A DNA stretch of 63,625 nt, filler included, from Chiloscyllium plagiosum (taxonomy: Eukaryota), in assembly GCF_004010195.1 (NCBI RefSeq). It is 4 parts of one record of this genome, joined end to end, with 100 filler letters (N's around TTAATTAATTAA, not from the genome) between each part and the next. Parts side by side here need not be neighbours in the genome. Positions count along the whole stretch, not along the records: positions 46,668 to 60,756 come from NC_057711.1; positions 60,857 to 63,625 come from NC_057711.1; 2 more parts are not named here. One strand, 5' to 3'. Positions within the stretch are counted from its first letter, which is position 1. Each line of letters starts with the position of its first letter. Of this stretch, positions 50,502 through 63,625 are shown in pieces. The notes under the pieces are model-generated. The model was given only the letters and a program-made list of their open reading frames with translations. It was not told where the DNA came from and did not search any database. A program made the translations under genes and the position numbers.

Positions 50502-50718
50502 TGAAAGTGTGTTGCTGGAAAAGCGCAGAAGGTCAGGCAGCATCCAGGGAACAGGAGAATCGACGTTTTGGGCATAAGCCCTTCCCATACCTTCCTGAAG
50601 AAGGGCTTATGCCCAAAACGTCGATTCTCCTGTTCCCTGGATGCTGCCTGACCTTCTGCGCTTTTCCAGCAACACATTTTCAGCTCTGATCTCCAGCATC
50701 TGCAGACCTCACTTTCTC
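50502..50718. mobile_element. PLE family A fold-back inserted in a CR1 RT (about 50450-51150)
   Basis: TSD CACCAGGA(T/C)CTGGAC at 50487-50501 and 50719-50733. Confidence 0.9.
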
Positions 50719-51379
50719 CACCAGGACCTGGACCAGATGGGCCAATGGGCCGGGGAGTAGCAGATGGAGTTTAATTCAGATAAATGAGAGGTGCTGCATT
50801 TTGAGAAAGCAAATCTAGCAGGACTTATACACTTAATGGTAAGGTCCTAGGGAGTGTTGCTGAACAAAGAGACCTTGGAGTGCAGGTTCATAGCTCCTTG
50901 AAAGTGGAGTCGCAGGTAGATAGGATAGTGAAGAAGGTGTTTGGTATGCTTTCCTTTATTGGTCAGAGTATTGAGTTTAGGAGTTGGGAGGTCATGTTGC
51001 AGCGTTAAAGGACATTGGTTAGGCCATTGTTGGAATACTGCAGGCAATCCTCATCTTCCTGCTATAGGAAGGATGTTGTGAAACTTGAAAGGGTTCAGAA
51101 AAGATGTTGCCAGAACTGGAGGGTTTGAGTTATAGGGAGAGGCTGAGTATGCTCTATATCGATATACATCCTATTGAAAAGATAGACATGTGAATTGAAT
51201 GGAATTTGAATTGAATTGAAATTATTGTCATGTGCCTTATTACTAAGAAATGAAATGAGATCAATAGTAAAAAATGAAGTAGGGTCAGATAGTGTTGAAT
51301 CTGTGGGGTAGAATTGAGGAACTGCAAAGGTTAAAAAACCATAGTTAGAGTTATATACAGGCCTCTAAATAATAGTCAG

Positions 51380-53815
51380 GAAATGTCCAGAGGAGGAAGT
51401 GCTGGATGTCTTGAAAGGGTTAAAGGTGGATAAATCCCCAGGACCTGATCAGGTGTACCCGAGAACTCTGTGGGAAGCTAGAGAAGTGATTGCTGGGCCT
51501 CTTGCTGAGATATTTTTATCATCGATAGTCACAGGTGAGGTGCCGGAAGACTGGAGGTTGGCAAACGTGGGCCCACTGTTTAAGAAGGGCAGTAAAGACA
51601 AGCCAGGNNNNNNNNNNNNNNNNNNNNNNNNNNNNNNNNNNNNNNNNNNNNNNNNNNNNNNNNNNNNNNNNNNNNNNNNNNNNNNNNNNNNNNNNNNNNN
51701 NNNNNNNNNNNNNNNNNNNNNNNNNNNNNNNNNNNNNNNNNNNNNNNNNNNNNNNNNNNNNNNNNNNNNNNNNNNNNNNNNNNNNNNNNNNNNNNNNNNN
51801 NNNNNNNNNNNNNNNNNNNNNNNNNNNNNNNNNNNNNNNNNNNNNNNNNNNNNNNNNNNNNNNNNNNNNNNNNNNNNNNNNNNNNNNNNNNNNNNNNNNN
51901 NNNNNNNNNNNNNNNNNNNNNNNNNNNNNNNNNNNNNNNNNNNNNNNNNNNNNNNNNNNNNNNNNNNNNNNNNNNNNNNNNNNNNNNNNNNNNNNNNNNN
52001 NNNNNNNNNNNNNNNNNNNNNNNNNNNNNNNNNNNNNNNNNNNNNNNNNNNNNNNNNNNNNNNNNNNNNNNNNNNNNNNNNNNNNNNNNNNNNNNNNNNN
52101 NNNNNNNNNNNNNNNNNNNNNNNNNNNNNNNNNNNNNNNNNNNNNNNNNNNNNNNNNNNNNNNNNNNNNNNNNNNNNNNNNNNNNNNNNNNNNNNNNNNN
52201 NNNNNNNNNNNNNNNNNNNNNNNNNNNNNNNNNNNNNNNNNNNNNNNNNNNNNNNNNNNNNNNNNNNNNNNNNNNNNNNNNNNNNNNNNNNNNNNNNNNN
52301 NNNNNNNNNNNNNNNNNNNNNNNNNNNNNNNNNNNNNNNNNNNNNNNNNNNNNNNNNNNNNNNNNNNTTCGGAGGCTGAGGGGTGACCTTATAGATGTTT
52401 ACAAAATTATGAGGGGCATGGATAGGATAAATAGACAAAGTCTTTTCCCTGGGGTCGGGGAGTCCAGAACTAAAGGGTACAGGTTTAGGGGGAGAGGGGA
52501 AAGATATAAAAGAGACCTAAGGGGCAACGTTTTCACACAGAGGGTGGTACGTGTATGGAATGAGCTGCCAGAGGATGTGGTGGAGGCTGGTACAATTGCA
52601 ACATTTAAAGGGCATTTGGATGGGTATATGAAAAGGAAGGGATTGGGTTGGGATATGGGCCGGGTGCTGGCAGGTGGGACTAGATTGGGTTGGGATATCT
52701 GGTCGGTATGGACGGGTTGGACCGAAGGGTCTGTTTCCATGCTGTACATCTCTATGACTCTATCCACCAGGAGGTAGAAAAGATGTGTAGGAAAGGCAAA
52801 GTTACAATGATCATGGGGCATTTCAATATGCGGGTAGATTGGGAAAATCAGGTTGGGAGTGAATTGCAAGTAAAGGAATTTGTGGAATGTCTACAAGATG
52901 GTTTTGTTGGAGCAGCTTGTGGTGGAGCCCACAAGGGAACAGGCAATACTGGATTCAGTGTTGTGCAATGAGTCAGACTTGATAAAGGATATTAACATGA
53001 AGGAACCCTTAGGAAACAGCGATCATAACATGATTGAATTTACGCTGCAATTTGAGCAGGAGAAGATAGAATCCGAGGTAACGGTGTTCCAGCTGAATAA
53101 AGGCAACTACAGAGCATGAGGGAGGAGCTGGGGAGAATGGACTGGGAGAGGGGCCTAGCAGGTAAGACAGTGGAACAGCAATGGTAGGAGTTTCTGGGAG
53201 TAATTCAGGAGACACAGCAGAGATTCATCCCGAGGTAAAAGACGCCTGGTACAGGGAGGATGGGGCAACCCTGGCGCCTCGGGAAGGCAGGGTCAGCATC
53301 AAAGCAAAAGAGAAAATGTGGCAAAGGGCAGTAGGAAACCCAGAGGATTGGGAAGCTTACAGATACCAACAGAGGGCAGCGAGAAAAGAAATAAGGAGGG
53401 AGAAGATTAAATATGAGGGTATGCTAGCCAGTAATATAAAGGAAGGCTGTAAGAGTTTCTTTAGATATATAAAGACAAAAGACAGGCACAAGTGGACATT
53501 GGGTTGCTGGAGAGATAGTAGTGGGGAGCAAGGATAATTACTTCACCTCAGTCTTCATGGTGGAAGACACAAGTAACATCTCAAACATTCCAGAGAGTGA
53601 GGGGGTACAGCTGAGTGTGGTGACCGTCACCAAGGAAAACTGAATGGCCTGAAGGTGGATAAATCACCTGGACCAGATGGACTACACCCCAGAGTTCTAA
53701 GGGAGATGGCTGAAAGACAGTAGAGGCGTTAGTAGTGATCTTTCAGGAATCGCTGGAATATGAGAGAGTCCCTGAGGACTGGAAAATCACTAATGTGATA
53801 CCCTTGTTTAAAGAG
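51380..53815 (+). mobile_element. Two CR1 LINE fragments (RT-3' end across an N gap, then EN-RT linker)
   Basis: KSPGPD, VPEDWR.ANV, RGHRF-like tail; MG.FN, ILD.VL, SDHNMIEF. Confidence 0.88.
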
Positions 53816-53819
53816 GAAG

Positions 53820-54490
53820 TAAGTAGACAGGCAGGAGGCTGGGAAAACACAACAAGCCAGGCAGCATCAGGAGGTGGAGAAGTCAACATTCTTCAGGACT
53901 GGGGGTGGGTGTGGGGGTTAGCTGCAGATAAAGGGGATAGTAGGGGCAGGGTAGTGAGGTGGGGATAGGTGAAGACAGGTAGAGGATTGGCCAATGGGAG
54001 GAATGAATCAGGTTGGTGGCAGGGAGGAGTGGAAGGGAGGGGGAGGGGATGGGAAGGGAGGTTATTTTAAATTGGAGAATTCAATGTTGAGACCTCCGGG
54101 CTGTGGGCTGCCCAAGTGGAAGATGAGGTGTTGTTCCTCCAATTTGCAGTTTGGTTCATTGTGGCAATGGAGGAGGCCAAGGATGGTCATGTCAGAAAGG
54201 GAGTGGGAAGGGGAATTAAAATGGGCAGTGACTGGGAGGTTCGGTCGGCCCCTGCGGGCCTGGCTGAGATGCTCGGGGAACCATTCCCTAAGTTTACGTT
54301 TGGTCTCCCTAATGTAGAGAAGACCACACCGGGAGCACCTGATGCAGTAAACTAGGTTGGAGGAGAGACAGGTGAACCTCTGTCTCACCTGGAAGGACTG
54401 TTTGGGGCCCTGGATGGAGGTGAGGAGGGGTGGTGTACCGGCAGGTTGTGCATCTTTTCCAGTTGCAGGGGAAGGTACCTGGGAGGTGAA
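53820..54490 (-). mobile_element. PLE (Neptune-like) GIY-YIG 3' fragment plus UTR
   Basis: FTCLSSNLVYCIRCSRCGLLYIRETKR..HFN..LEEQHLIF.LG..QP.GLNIEF. Confidence 0.9.
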
Positions 54491-56529
54491 GAGACTGAAG
54501 ATTGACACTTTTGGAGCAGTGTGCAGAGATAGAGGCATCCCAGCTGAAGGTCACAGTAACACTGCAGCCGCTCCAACAAGGAACACTGTGGGTGAGCACC
54601 AAACAGTTAACTTCTTTAAAACGTGGATGTTATTACGAGCTTTGTGACTGCCCTGCCTGGTGGCAACCTATTGTGGTTGCTCAGAGGCCTCCATTACCGC
54701 ACTTACTCCTTGTTGCTAGGATACAGTGTTTGAAGCTTATTCTCTCCACTGTATTGATTTCATTTGCACGTCTTTTATTATATCTTGTCAAACACACCCA
54801 TTCACATGGTAACAGCTGATGGCTGCAGCACTCAGACTTACAGACACAATGGTTCTGAGTCAAGAGGGCAGCATTGCACCAAAAACCATCAAACTGCATT
54901 TCCCCCTCTGCCTTGTCAGACTGGCTCCTGTACCTCTATCCCAGCAGCAGCACTGGTCATAGAGGGGGCAAACTCAGACACAATTACAAATGGCAGCAGT
55001 GTGTGACCTGAGATCAGAGCAGGGAAACTGGAGCTGAGAGACACACAACACAGGAAGAAGTGAACATTTAGAGACCTGTGTCTTAGTTCTTCACTGATCA
55101 ATTACTTTTCAAGAGCAATTCTTTCTTTCTCTTGCGTAGGAGCTGATTTGCAAACAGCAATTCACACAAACGGAATCGATGTTAATGAGCAGGAGAAGTG
55201 AGCTTGCTGCTGAGAGAGGAACATGGGTTTCCATGGGCAGGCAATGACTCAAACATCCTTACGCTAACATCCTGCTACCAACGACAGTACAATAGAGAGT
55301 CCCTCAGCAGTGAGCAGACAGGGACACTGTAGAAATGTCAGTAGATTCAGTATCCAGGGGATCAGACTAATACACTGTACTCTGTGGACATAGATTCATT
55401 TTACACAGAGTTACTGGTGAGATTTCTCACAATCACACCATTATGTTGGTGCTGAATGAACCAATCTGTCTGTTCTACCTGCCCTAGAATCAGAATTCAG
55501 TTAATTAATTCAATTGGTTGTTACTAATTCTGGAATTGAAATAGACTTTCAGCGATAATGACTGTTGTAAGGAAAACCATCAGGTTCAGTAATGTCCTTT
55601 GGGGGAAGGAAATCTGCCATCCTTCCCCAGTCTGAGCTACATGTGGGACTCCAATTCCACAGCAAAGGGGCTGACTCTTAACCACCCTGTGAAATAGGTG
55701 AGTGAGACTCTCAGCTGGAGGGTCATCAGGGAAGGACAACACCTAACCAGTGACCTCACACTCCAAGAGAGAATATATAAACTTTGCTGTGCTTGTGTGA
55801 TTTGACTGAAATGGACTTAAATCCAGAACCTTTCAGTTTAGGGATCGGATTTGAACAAGAAACTGACAGGTGTTTTCTTCCTTTATCTGTTTTTCCAAAG
55901 TGGTTCAGGCAGGAATGTCTCTGACACTATCCAGGAGGTTACAGCTGATTGTTTAATCATCTGTGCCTGCCTCTGTGTTAGTCTGCTGCACTCACGGTCA
56001 CACTGTCAGTCTGTGCTTTCTGCCTGTCCTGTTCTCAGGCCTGTTCAGCTTCTGTCTCTTCAGCATATACCCCCCGAATGTTCAAGGCCTCTGCAGCCCT
56101 GAGCCAGCCCTCGTTATTACTGGGTGCTGTCCGGCCTGAATTCTGCCGGTGATTGATTTCACTGAGTTCTTGTTTTGGGAGAACAGAAAAGGAACAGCAG
56201 GCAGACGTGTGAGCACAGATGGTGTGTGAAAATGAGCAGTTACCATCTCTCAGTGCTGTTGAGAACACATCAATATAATCACTGCTATATCAACAGCCTC
56301 CTCCCTGCTACTGCTGCCTCTCAGTGTAACTCCAGGCTATCACTGAAATAAACTCACACAAGAACACAGCAACAGGAGCAGGCCATTCAGCCCCTCAAGC
56401 CTGTTCCACCATTCAATGAGATCATAGTTGATCAGAGGCCTAACTCCATATAATCTGCCTTTGGCCTTTATCCCTTAATACCCTTCCTGAAGAAAAGTTT
56501 ATCTATGTCAGATTTAAAATTAACAATGT

Positions 56530-57052
56530 CTTTTAAATGTTTGATTTGGTTTATTATAGGCCCATGTACCTAAGAACAGTGAAATGTTTTGTTTTGTGAG
56601 GAGTACAGGCAGATCATAGCAACCAATGACATACCGATCCCAGTCTGTTTCGACAGAGTGAGACATACAGGGTTACACTGAACAGGAGGTGTACAGGGTA
56701 AGATCAACATTTATTTGAAGTTAGAGAAGTCCTTCATCAGTTTAATAACAGCCTGGAAGCTGTTCCTGAACCTGCTGGTGCGAGGGTGCTGGTTTCTGTA
56801 TCTTCCTGACAGAGGAGGTTGTAGGAGGTCATTACCAGGGTGGGAGGGGTCTTTAAAGTTGACGACCTTTCTGTGACAGCGAGCTGTGTAAATGGGGTCC
56901 ATAGATGGAAGGTTGGCTTCTGTGATGGTCTGGACTGTACACACCACCACCTGTAGTGTCTAACGGTCCTGGGGCAGAGCTGTTGCCATACCAGGCCGTT
57001 ATGCACCTGGACCATATGCTTTCAATGGTGCATCTGGAGAAGTTGGTGAGTT
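56530..57052 (-). mobile_element. Rex1/Babar-like LINE 3' fragment
   Basis: LTNFSRCTIESI..CITAWYGN, KDPSHPG, RTSRFRNSF. Confidence 0.75.
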
Positions 57053-60000
57053 GATTGTAAAATGTTGTAACTGTACCTGCATCCTCCACATTCTCTGGCA
57101 GTTCATTCCACACAAACCACTCTGTGTGTAGAAAAGGTTGCTCCTCACCTCACCTTAAAAATATATATCCCTGAGATTTGAACTCGCCCACCCCAGGGAA
57201 AAGGCCTTTGTCATTCACCTTATCTATGTCCCTCATGGTGTTTATAAACCTCAGCCTTCTACACTCCCGTGGAAAAAGTCCCAGCCTATCCAGTCTTTCT
57301 TTATAACTCAAGCCCTTCGTTTCCAGCAACATCCTGGTAAATCTTTTCTGAACCCTCTCCAGTTTAATAATATCCTCCCGAGAACAGAGCGACCACAACA
57401 ACACACAGGACTCCAGAAAGTGCCTCACCAATGTCCTGTTGAACTTCAACATAACGTCCCAACTCCTACGCTCAGACATCTGAAGGTAAGTGTGTAAAAT
57501 GTCTCCTGAACCACCCTGCCTACCCATGATGCAAATTTCAACCGACCAATAATTGTATAAGTCCTGTCCGTGTTTGTTTTACCAAAATGCAATATTTCAC
57601 ATCGATCCAAATTAATCTCTATCTGCCCCTCCTCAGCCCACTGACCCAATTGCTCAATATCCCTTTGTAATCTTAGATAGTGCACTTCACTGCCCTGAAA
57701 CCGATATTCCTGTCATCTGCAATGCTTCCTATTTACTCATCTAAATAATGTACATAAATGACAAACATCATAATCAGGATTCACCATACAACATGGAACA
57801 CAGAACCTAGAACAGTACGGCACAGTACAGGCCCTTCGGCCCTTGATCTTGTACCGGCCTTTTATCCTACTTGAAGATCAGACTAACCTACAAAACCTTC
57901 ATTGTACTATCATCCATGTGTCGTTTAAATGTCCCTAATGTATCTGACTCTACTCCCACCGCTGGCAGTGCATTCCACACACCCACCACTCTCTGTGTAA
58001 TGAACCTACCTCTGACATCTCCCCTAAACCTTCCTCCAATCACCTTAACATGATGCCCCTCGTGATAGCCATTTCCACCCTGGGAAGAAGTCTCTGGTTT
58101 TCCACTCTATCTATGCCTCTCATCATCTTGTACATCTCTATCAAGTCACCTCTCATCTTTCTTCACTCCAATGAGAAAAACGCTAGCTCCCTCAACCTTT
58201 CTTCATAAGACACACCCTCCAGTCCAAGCATCTTCCTGGTTAATCTCCTTTGCACCCTCTCTAAAGCTTCCACATCCTTCCTATAATGAGGTGACCAGAA
58301 CTGAACACAATATTCCAAGTGTGGTCTAACCTCGGCTCTATGGAGCTGCAGCATAACCTCATGGCTCTTAAACTCAATCCTCCTGCTCATGAAAGCCAAC
58401 ACACTATACACCTTCTTAACAAACCCATCAACTTGGGTGGTAACTTTGAGAGATTTATGGACATGGACCCCAAGATCCCTCTGTTCCTCCACACTGCCAA
58501 GAATCCTGCCTTTAACCCTGTAATCTACATTCTAATTTGATCTTCAAAAATGAATAACTTCACACGTTTCCAGGTTGAACTCCATCTGCCACATACCAGC
58601 CAAGTTCTGTATCCTGTCAATGTTCTGTTAAAGCCTACAACAGCCCTCCACACTATTCACCACTCCAACAACCTTCCTGTCATCAGCAAACTTACTAATC
58701 CTCCCTTCCACTTCCTCATCCAAGTCATTTATACAAATCACGAAGAGCAGAGGTCCCAGAACCAATCCCTGCACCAAAACCAGAACACCACTGATCACCG
58801 AGCTCCAGGCGAGATACTTTCCAATTACCACCACAATGTCTTCTCTGGGCCAGCCAATTCCGAGGGCCAAAGGGCCTGTACTGCGCTGTATTCTTCTATG
58901 TTCTATGTTCTACCACTGATCACCGAGCTCCAGGCGAGATACTTTCCAATTACCACCACACTGTCTTCTCTGGGCCAGCCAATTCTGTATCCAGACAGCC
59001 AGATTTCCCTGTATCCCATGTTTCCTTACTTTCTGAATGAGCCTTCCACGGGGAACCTTACCAAATGCTTTGCTAAAATCCATATACAGCACATCCACTG
59101 CTCTACCTTCATCAATGTGTTTTGTCACACCTTCAAAGAATTTAATAAGGTTTGTGAGGCATGACCTGACCCTCACAAAGCCATGCTGACTATCTCTAAT
59201 CAAGCTTCACTTTTCCAAATATTATAAGTCCTGTCTATCAGAATCCTCTCCAATAATTTGCCACCAGGGACATAAGACTGACCGGTCTGTAATTCCCAGG
59301 ATTATCTCCATTCCCTTCTTGAACAAGTGAATAGCATTTGCCACCTTCCAATCATCTGGCCCTACTCCAGTGGACAGTGAGGATGCAAAGATCATCGCCA
59401 AAGGCACAGAAATCTCTTCTCTCACTTCCTGTAGTAACCTTGGGTATATCCCAGCTGGCCCAGTGGACTTACTAGATTAGATTACTTACAGTGTGGAAAC
59501 AGACCCGTCGGCCCAACAATTCCACACCGACCCGCCGAAGCGCAACCCACCCAGATCCACTCCCCGACATTTACCCCCTTCACCTAACAGTACGGGCAAT
59601 TTAGCATGGCCAATTCACCTAACCTGCACATTTTTCTTTGGACTGTCGGAGGAAACCGGAGCACCCGGAGGAAACCCACGCAGACACGGGGAGAACGTGC
59701 AAACTCCGCATAGTCAGTTGCCTGAGGCGGGAATTGAACCCGGGACCCTGGCGCTGTGAGGCAGCAGTGTTAACCACTGAGCCCCCGTGCCGCCTCATGT
59801 TTTTCAAAATTTCCATCACATCCTCCTTCTTAACATCAACCTGTTTGAGCATATCAGCCTGTTCACACTGTACTCACAAATGACAAGGTCTTTCTCATTA
59901 ATGAATACTGAAGCAAAGTATTCATTAAGGACCTCCCCTACCTCCTCTGACTCCAGGCACAAGTCCCCTCCACTATCCCTGATCGGTTCTACCCTTACTC

Positions 60001-60756
60001 TGGCTATGCTCTTGATCCTCACATAAATGTAGAATGCCTTGGGGTTTTCCTTAATCCTATCCACCAAGGCCTTTTCATGCCCCCTTTTAGCTCTCCTAAG
60101 TCCATTCTTCAGTTCCTTCTTGGCTACCTTGTAACCCTCTAGAGCTCCGACTGATCCTTGCTTCCTCAACCTTAAGTAAGCTTCCTTCTTCCTCTTGACT
60201 AGATGTTCCACATCTCTTTTCATCCAAGGTTCCTTCACTATACCATCCTTTCCTTGCCTCAGTGGGACAAACCTATCTAGCACTAATTGCAAGTGCTTCT
60301 GAAACAACCTCCACATTTCTGTTGTGCAATTCCCTGAGAATATCTTAGAGTCATAGAGATGTACAGCATGGAAACAGACCCTTCGATCCAACCCGTCCAT
60401 GCCTCCAGATATCCCAACCCAATCTAGTCAACCTGCCAGCACCCGGCCCATAGCCCTCCAAACCCTTCCTATTCATATACCCATCCAAATGCCTCTTAAG
60501 TGTTGCAATTGTACCAGCCTCCACCACATCCTCTGGCAGCTCATTCCATACACGTACCACCCTCTGCGTGAAAAGGTTGCCCCTTAGGTCTCTTTTATAT
60601 CTTTCCCCTCTCACTCTAAACCTATGCCCTCTAGTTCTGGACTTCCCGACCCCAGGGAAAAGACTTTGTCTATTTACCCTATCCATGCCCCTCATAATTT
60701 TGTAAACCTCTATAAGGTCACCCCTCAGCCTCCGACGCTCCAGGGAAAACAGCCCC
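57053..60756 (-). mobile_element. CR1 LINE cluster
   Basis: [43 protein letters not shown], several 3' UTRs. Confidence 0.9.
59472..59793 (-). mobile_element. Full-length HE1/V-SINE-type SINE inside a CR1
   Basis: A and B boxes (GGCTCAGTGG, GGTTCAATTCC), V-domain and TAATC tail on minus. Confidence 0.9.
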
Positions 60757-60856
60757 NNNNNNNNNNNNNNNNNNNNNNNNNNNNNNNNNNNNNNNNNNNN
60801 TTAATTAATTAANNNNNNNNNNNNNNNNNNNNNNNNNNNNNNNNNNNNNNNNNNNN
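60757..60856. other. Artificial contig linker N44-TTAATTAATTAA-N44
   Basis: Same 100-nt structure. Confidence 0.95.
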
Positions 60857-61195
60857 GGGGCCTGTAGTAAACCCCTAAAGAGGTGACTGCTTCCTTTCTG
60901 TTCCTAATTTCCACCCATACTGACTCGGTAGGCAGATCTTCCTCGACAATGGAAGCTTCTGTAGCTGAGATACTCTCTCTGATTAGTAGTGCTACACCCC
61001 CTCCTCTTTTCCCCTCTTCCTATTCTTTTTAAATGCTCTAAACCCTGGAACATCCAGCAACCATTCCTGTCCCTGAGAAACCCATGTCTCTGTTATGGCC
61101 ACAACATCATAGCACCAGGTACTGATCCATGCTCTAAGTTCGTCACTTTTATTCCTGATACTCCTTGCATTAAAGCAAACACACTTTAACTGATA
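60857..61195 (-). mobile_element. CR1 endonuclease fragment
   Basis: YDVVAITETW..GQEWLLDVPGF..GGVALL on minus. Confidence 0.8.
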
Positions 61196-61698
61196 CCGAC
61201 ATACATATCCAGTTTCCCTTTAAATACATTTATACTATTTGTCTCCACTTGCACTATAGTCTCAACTTTCACATTTTCACCACATTTTGGGTAGAAAAAT
61301 TTCTTCTGCATTCTAATTTCTTTGTGGGTGTTTCTATTGAAGGCACCTTTCTGCTCTTCCACGGAAGTGCAAATGCAGCCTTGTCTGTTCTGAAAATCTT
61401 TCATAATTCTAAAGATCTCTGTTATGTTATCCCTTAGCCATCTGTTTTCAACAGCATCTTTTCAATCTCTCTAATGGTCAAGCACTATTTTTATAACTGA
61501 AACAGTATAGCATGATGTGGCAAAAGGGATATTAATTCTTCTGTAAACCAACTTGGAGTAACAGATGGGGATGGTTTTCCACCAACTTGTAATTAAAGTT
61601 ACAATCGTCTCTCGTGAATGTGGAAGTTTTGAAGATAAGTTCCACTGCACAAGTACCATGTTGTCCATAATTTTAACCAAGAATTTGCTTCTTGATAG

Positions 61699-61819
61699 GC
61701 AACAACCTCTGGAAAATTTAGTGATGATGAGGTTCGAAAACTGCGCCGGGAGTTCCAACATCACCAGGATAAAATTCAGGAGTACCACATCCTGAGAGAG
61801 ACCGTCAGCAGGAATGAAG
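61699..61819 (+). CDS. LRPAP1: LRPAP1 (RAP, LDL-receptor-related protein associated protein) internal exon
   Basis: cttgatag|GCA...G|gtattg; 121 bp; ATTSGKFSDDEVRKLRREFQHHQDKIQEYHILRETVSRNE, resembling human AKTSGKFSGEELDKLWREFLHHKEKVHEYNVLLETLSRTE as recalled. Confidence 0.9.
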
Positions 61820-62226
61820 GTATTGTCATTAAAAATATCATCTGAATTACTTCAGATAAAACAATTAAAGAATAATTATTCTCTCTTTTTTTTCTAGATT
61901 GCTTCTCAGTTACTTTTGACTCCTAGTTAATTTTGTTAATTGAAATGCGATATTTGGTCATTCTTTGCAACTTGTATTCACTTGGAAGGAAAACACAGCT
62001 GTCTTTAAAATTTAGATCAGGAATTTCAGTTAGTCTCTAATTATTCCTACTTTCTAGTTGTGATTGCCTGAGCAGGTCATATGGAAATTTCAGGTGTGTT
62101 TTCCCTCTTTATTGATCCTGGATTTTCTGTGATTTGTTTGCTTCTTCAACAAACTGTTCAGGTCCCCTTTTTGCCCTCCTGATGTCCTTCTCACGCACTT
62201 TCAGCACTTATACTCCTTTAGGGATT

Positions 62227-62600
62227 CATAGAGTCATATAGCACAGAAACAGACTTTTCAGTCCAACCAATCCATGCCGAACATAATCCCAAACTAAACT
62301 AGTCCCACCTCTCTGCACTTGGCCTAAATCCCACCAACATTTCTTTTTCATGTGCTTATCTAATTGTCTTTAAAACATTGTAAGTGTACCCGCATCCACC
62401 ACTTCCTCTGGAAGCTCATTCCACATATGAACCACTTTGTGCTTTTTAAACAAAAAAGTTGTACCTCGTGTCTTTTAAATCTTTTTCCTCTCACCTTAAA
62501 AATATGCCCCCTAGTCTTGAAATCCCCCTCCCCCACTCACCTTACTTATACCCCTCATGATTTTATAAGCCTCTATAAGGTCAGTCCTCAACCTCCTAGG
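62227..62600 (-). mobile_element. CR1 3' fragment
   Basis: WNELPEEVV on minus; CR1 3' UTR. Confidence 0.75.
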
Positions 62601-62670
62601 CCTCTCAATCAATTCACTTGATCCCAGCTGTCTCCTTTTTCTTGACCAGAGTCTCAATTTTTCTAGTCAT

Positions 62671-63154
62671 GATTTGGAGATGCCGGTGTTGGACTGGGGT
62701 GTACAAAGTTAAAAATCACACAACACCAGGTTATAGTCTAACCGGTTTAATTGGAAGCACACTAGCTTTCGGAGCGTTGCTCCTTCACAGGTGGTAGTGG
62801 AGGGCTCGATCATCACACACAGAATTTATAGCAAAAATTTACAGTGTGATGTAACAGAAATTATACATTGAAAAATTGATTGTCTGTTAAGTCTTTCACC
62901 TGTTTGAATACCGTGATAGTTTTGTTTCTTTCATGTGTAAATCACAAAACCTTTTTTTAAAAAGTTGCATTCTCAGGTTAGCTGTTAACAATGGTGATAG
63001 CTAGACAATATGTTACATACACTGTAAATTTTTGCTATAAATACTGTTAGGATTGAGCCCTCCACTACCACCTGATGAAGGAGCGATGCTCCAAAAGCTA
63101 GTGCGCTTCCAATTAAATCTGTTGGACTATAACCTGGTGTTGTGTGATTTTTAA
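62671..63154. mobile_element. PLE family B fold-back with TSD
   Basis: Perfect 18-bp TSD CTCAATTTTTCTAGTCAT at 62653-62670 and 63155-63172; inverted arms. Confidence 0.9.
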
Positions 63155-63625
63155 CTCAATTTTTCTAGTCATCCAGGATTATCTACACCTACCAGCCTTG
63201 CCCTTCGTACAAACAAGAATATACTATCTCTGAACTGTTATTATCTCACTTTTGAAGGCCTACCACTTCCCAACCATTCCTTTACCTATGAACAGCCTCC
63301 CCCAATTAACTTTCATAAGTTCCTGCCTAAAACTGTCAAAATTAGCCTAACTCCAATTTAGAACTTTAATAGAACATAGAACAATACAGCACAGAACATG
63401 CCCTTTGGCCCACGATGTTGTGCCGAACATTTGTCCTAGCTTAAGCACCCATCCATGTACCTATCCAATTGCCGCTTAAAGGTCACCAAAGATTCTGACT
63501 CTACCACTCCCACAGGCAGCGCATTCCATGCCCCCACCACTCATTATTGGCCAGTTAACCTTCATATCTCATTTTTCCTCTGCGTATTTCCTTCTTAGTA
63601 ATCCTCTGTTGCTCTTTAAAAGCTT

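Noticed and set aside
48612..52438. Long ORFs of 200-329 aa
   Set aside because: Composed mainly of X residues from N gaps.

Overview
This is eukaryotic, repeat-rich vertebrate DNA, most likely from a shark or other elasmobranch, judging by the HE1/V-SINE-type SINEs and the CR1 and Penelope families. It is not one contiguous locus. Three identical 100-nt artificial linkers (N44-TTAATTAATTAA-N44) join four segments. Segment 1 (1-21245) holds four internal + strand exons of NIPBL. Segment 2 (21346-46567) holds exons 1-6 of NADK2 on the - strand, its CpG-island promoter and a Gmr1-type Gypsy element. Segment 3 (46668-60756) is almost all retroelements. Segment 4 (60857-63625) holds one + strand exon of LRPAP1. 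Introns are packed with CR1/L2-group LINEs, L1 and Rex1 remnants, SINEs and Penelope-like elements (PLEs). The most striking unannotated structures are: (i) many fold-back mini-elements from three PLE families, several flanked by target-site duplications (TSDs), whose repeat unit contains a minimal hammerhead-ribozyme core; (ii) a head-to-tail array of tRNA-like and 5S rRNA-derived units in a NIPBL intron; (iii) an in-frame 39-bp duplication of the NADK2 exon-1 splice donor; (iv) a two-variant 36-bp minisatellite derived from a PLE end beside the NADK2 promoter. Gene identities and exon numbers come from my recollection of the human orthologues, not from a database search. Repeat boundaries are approximate.
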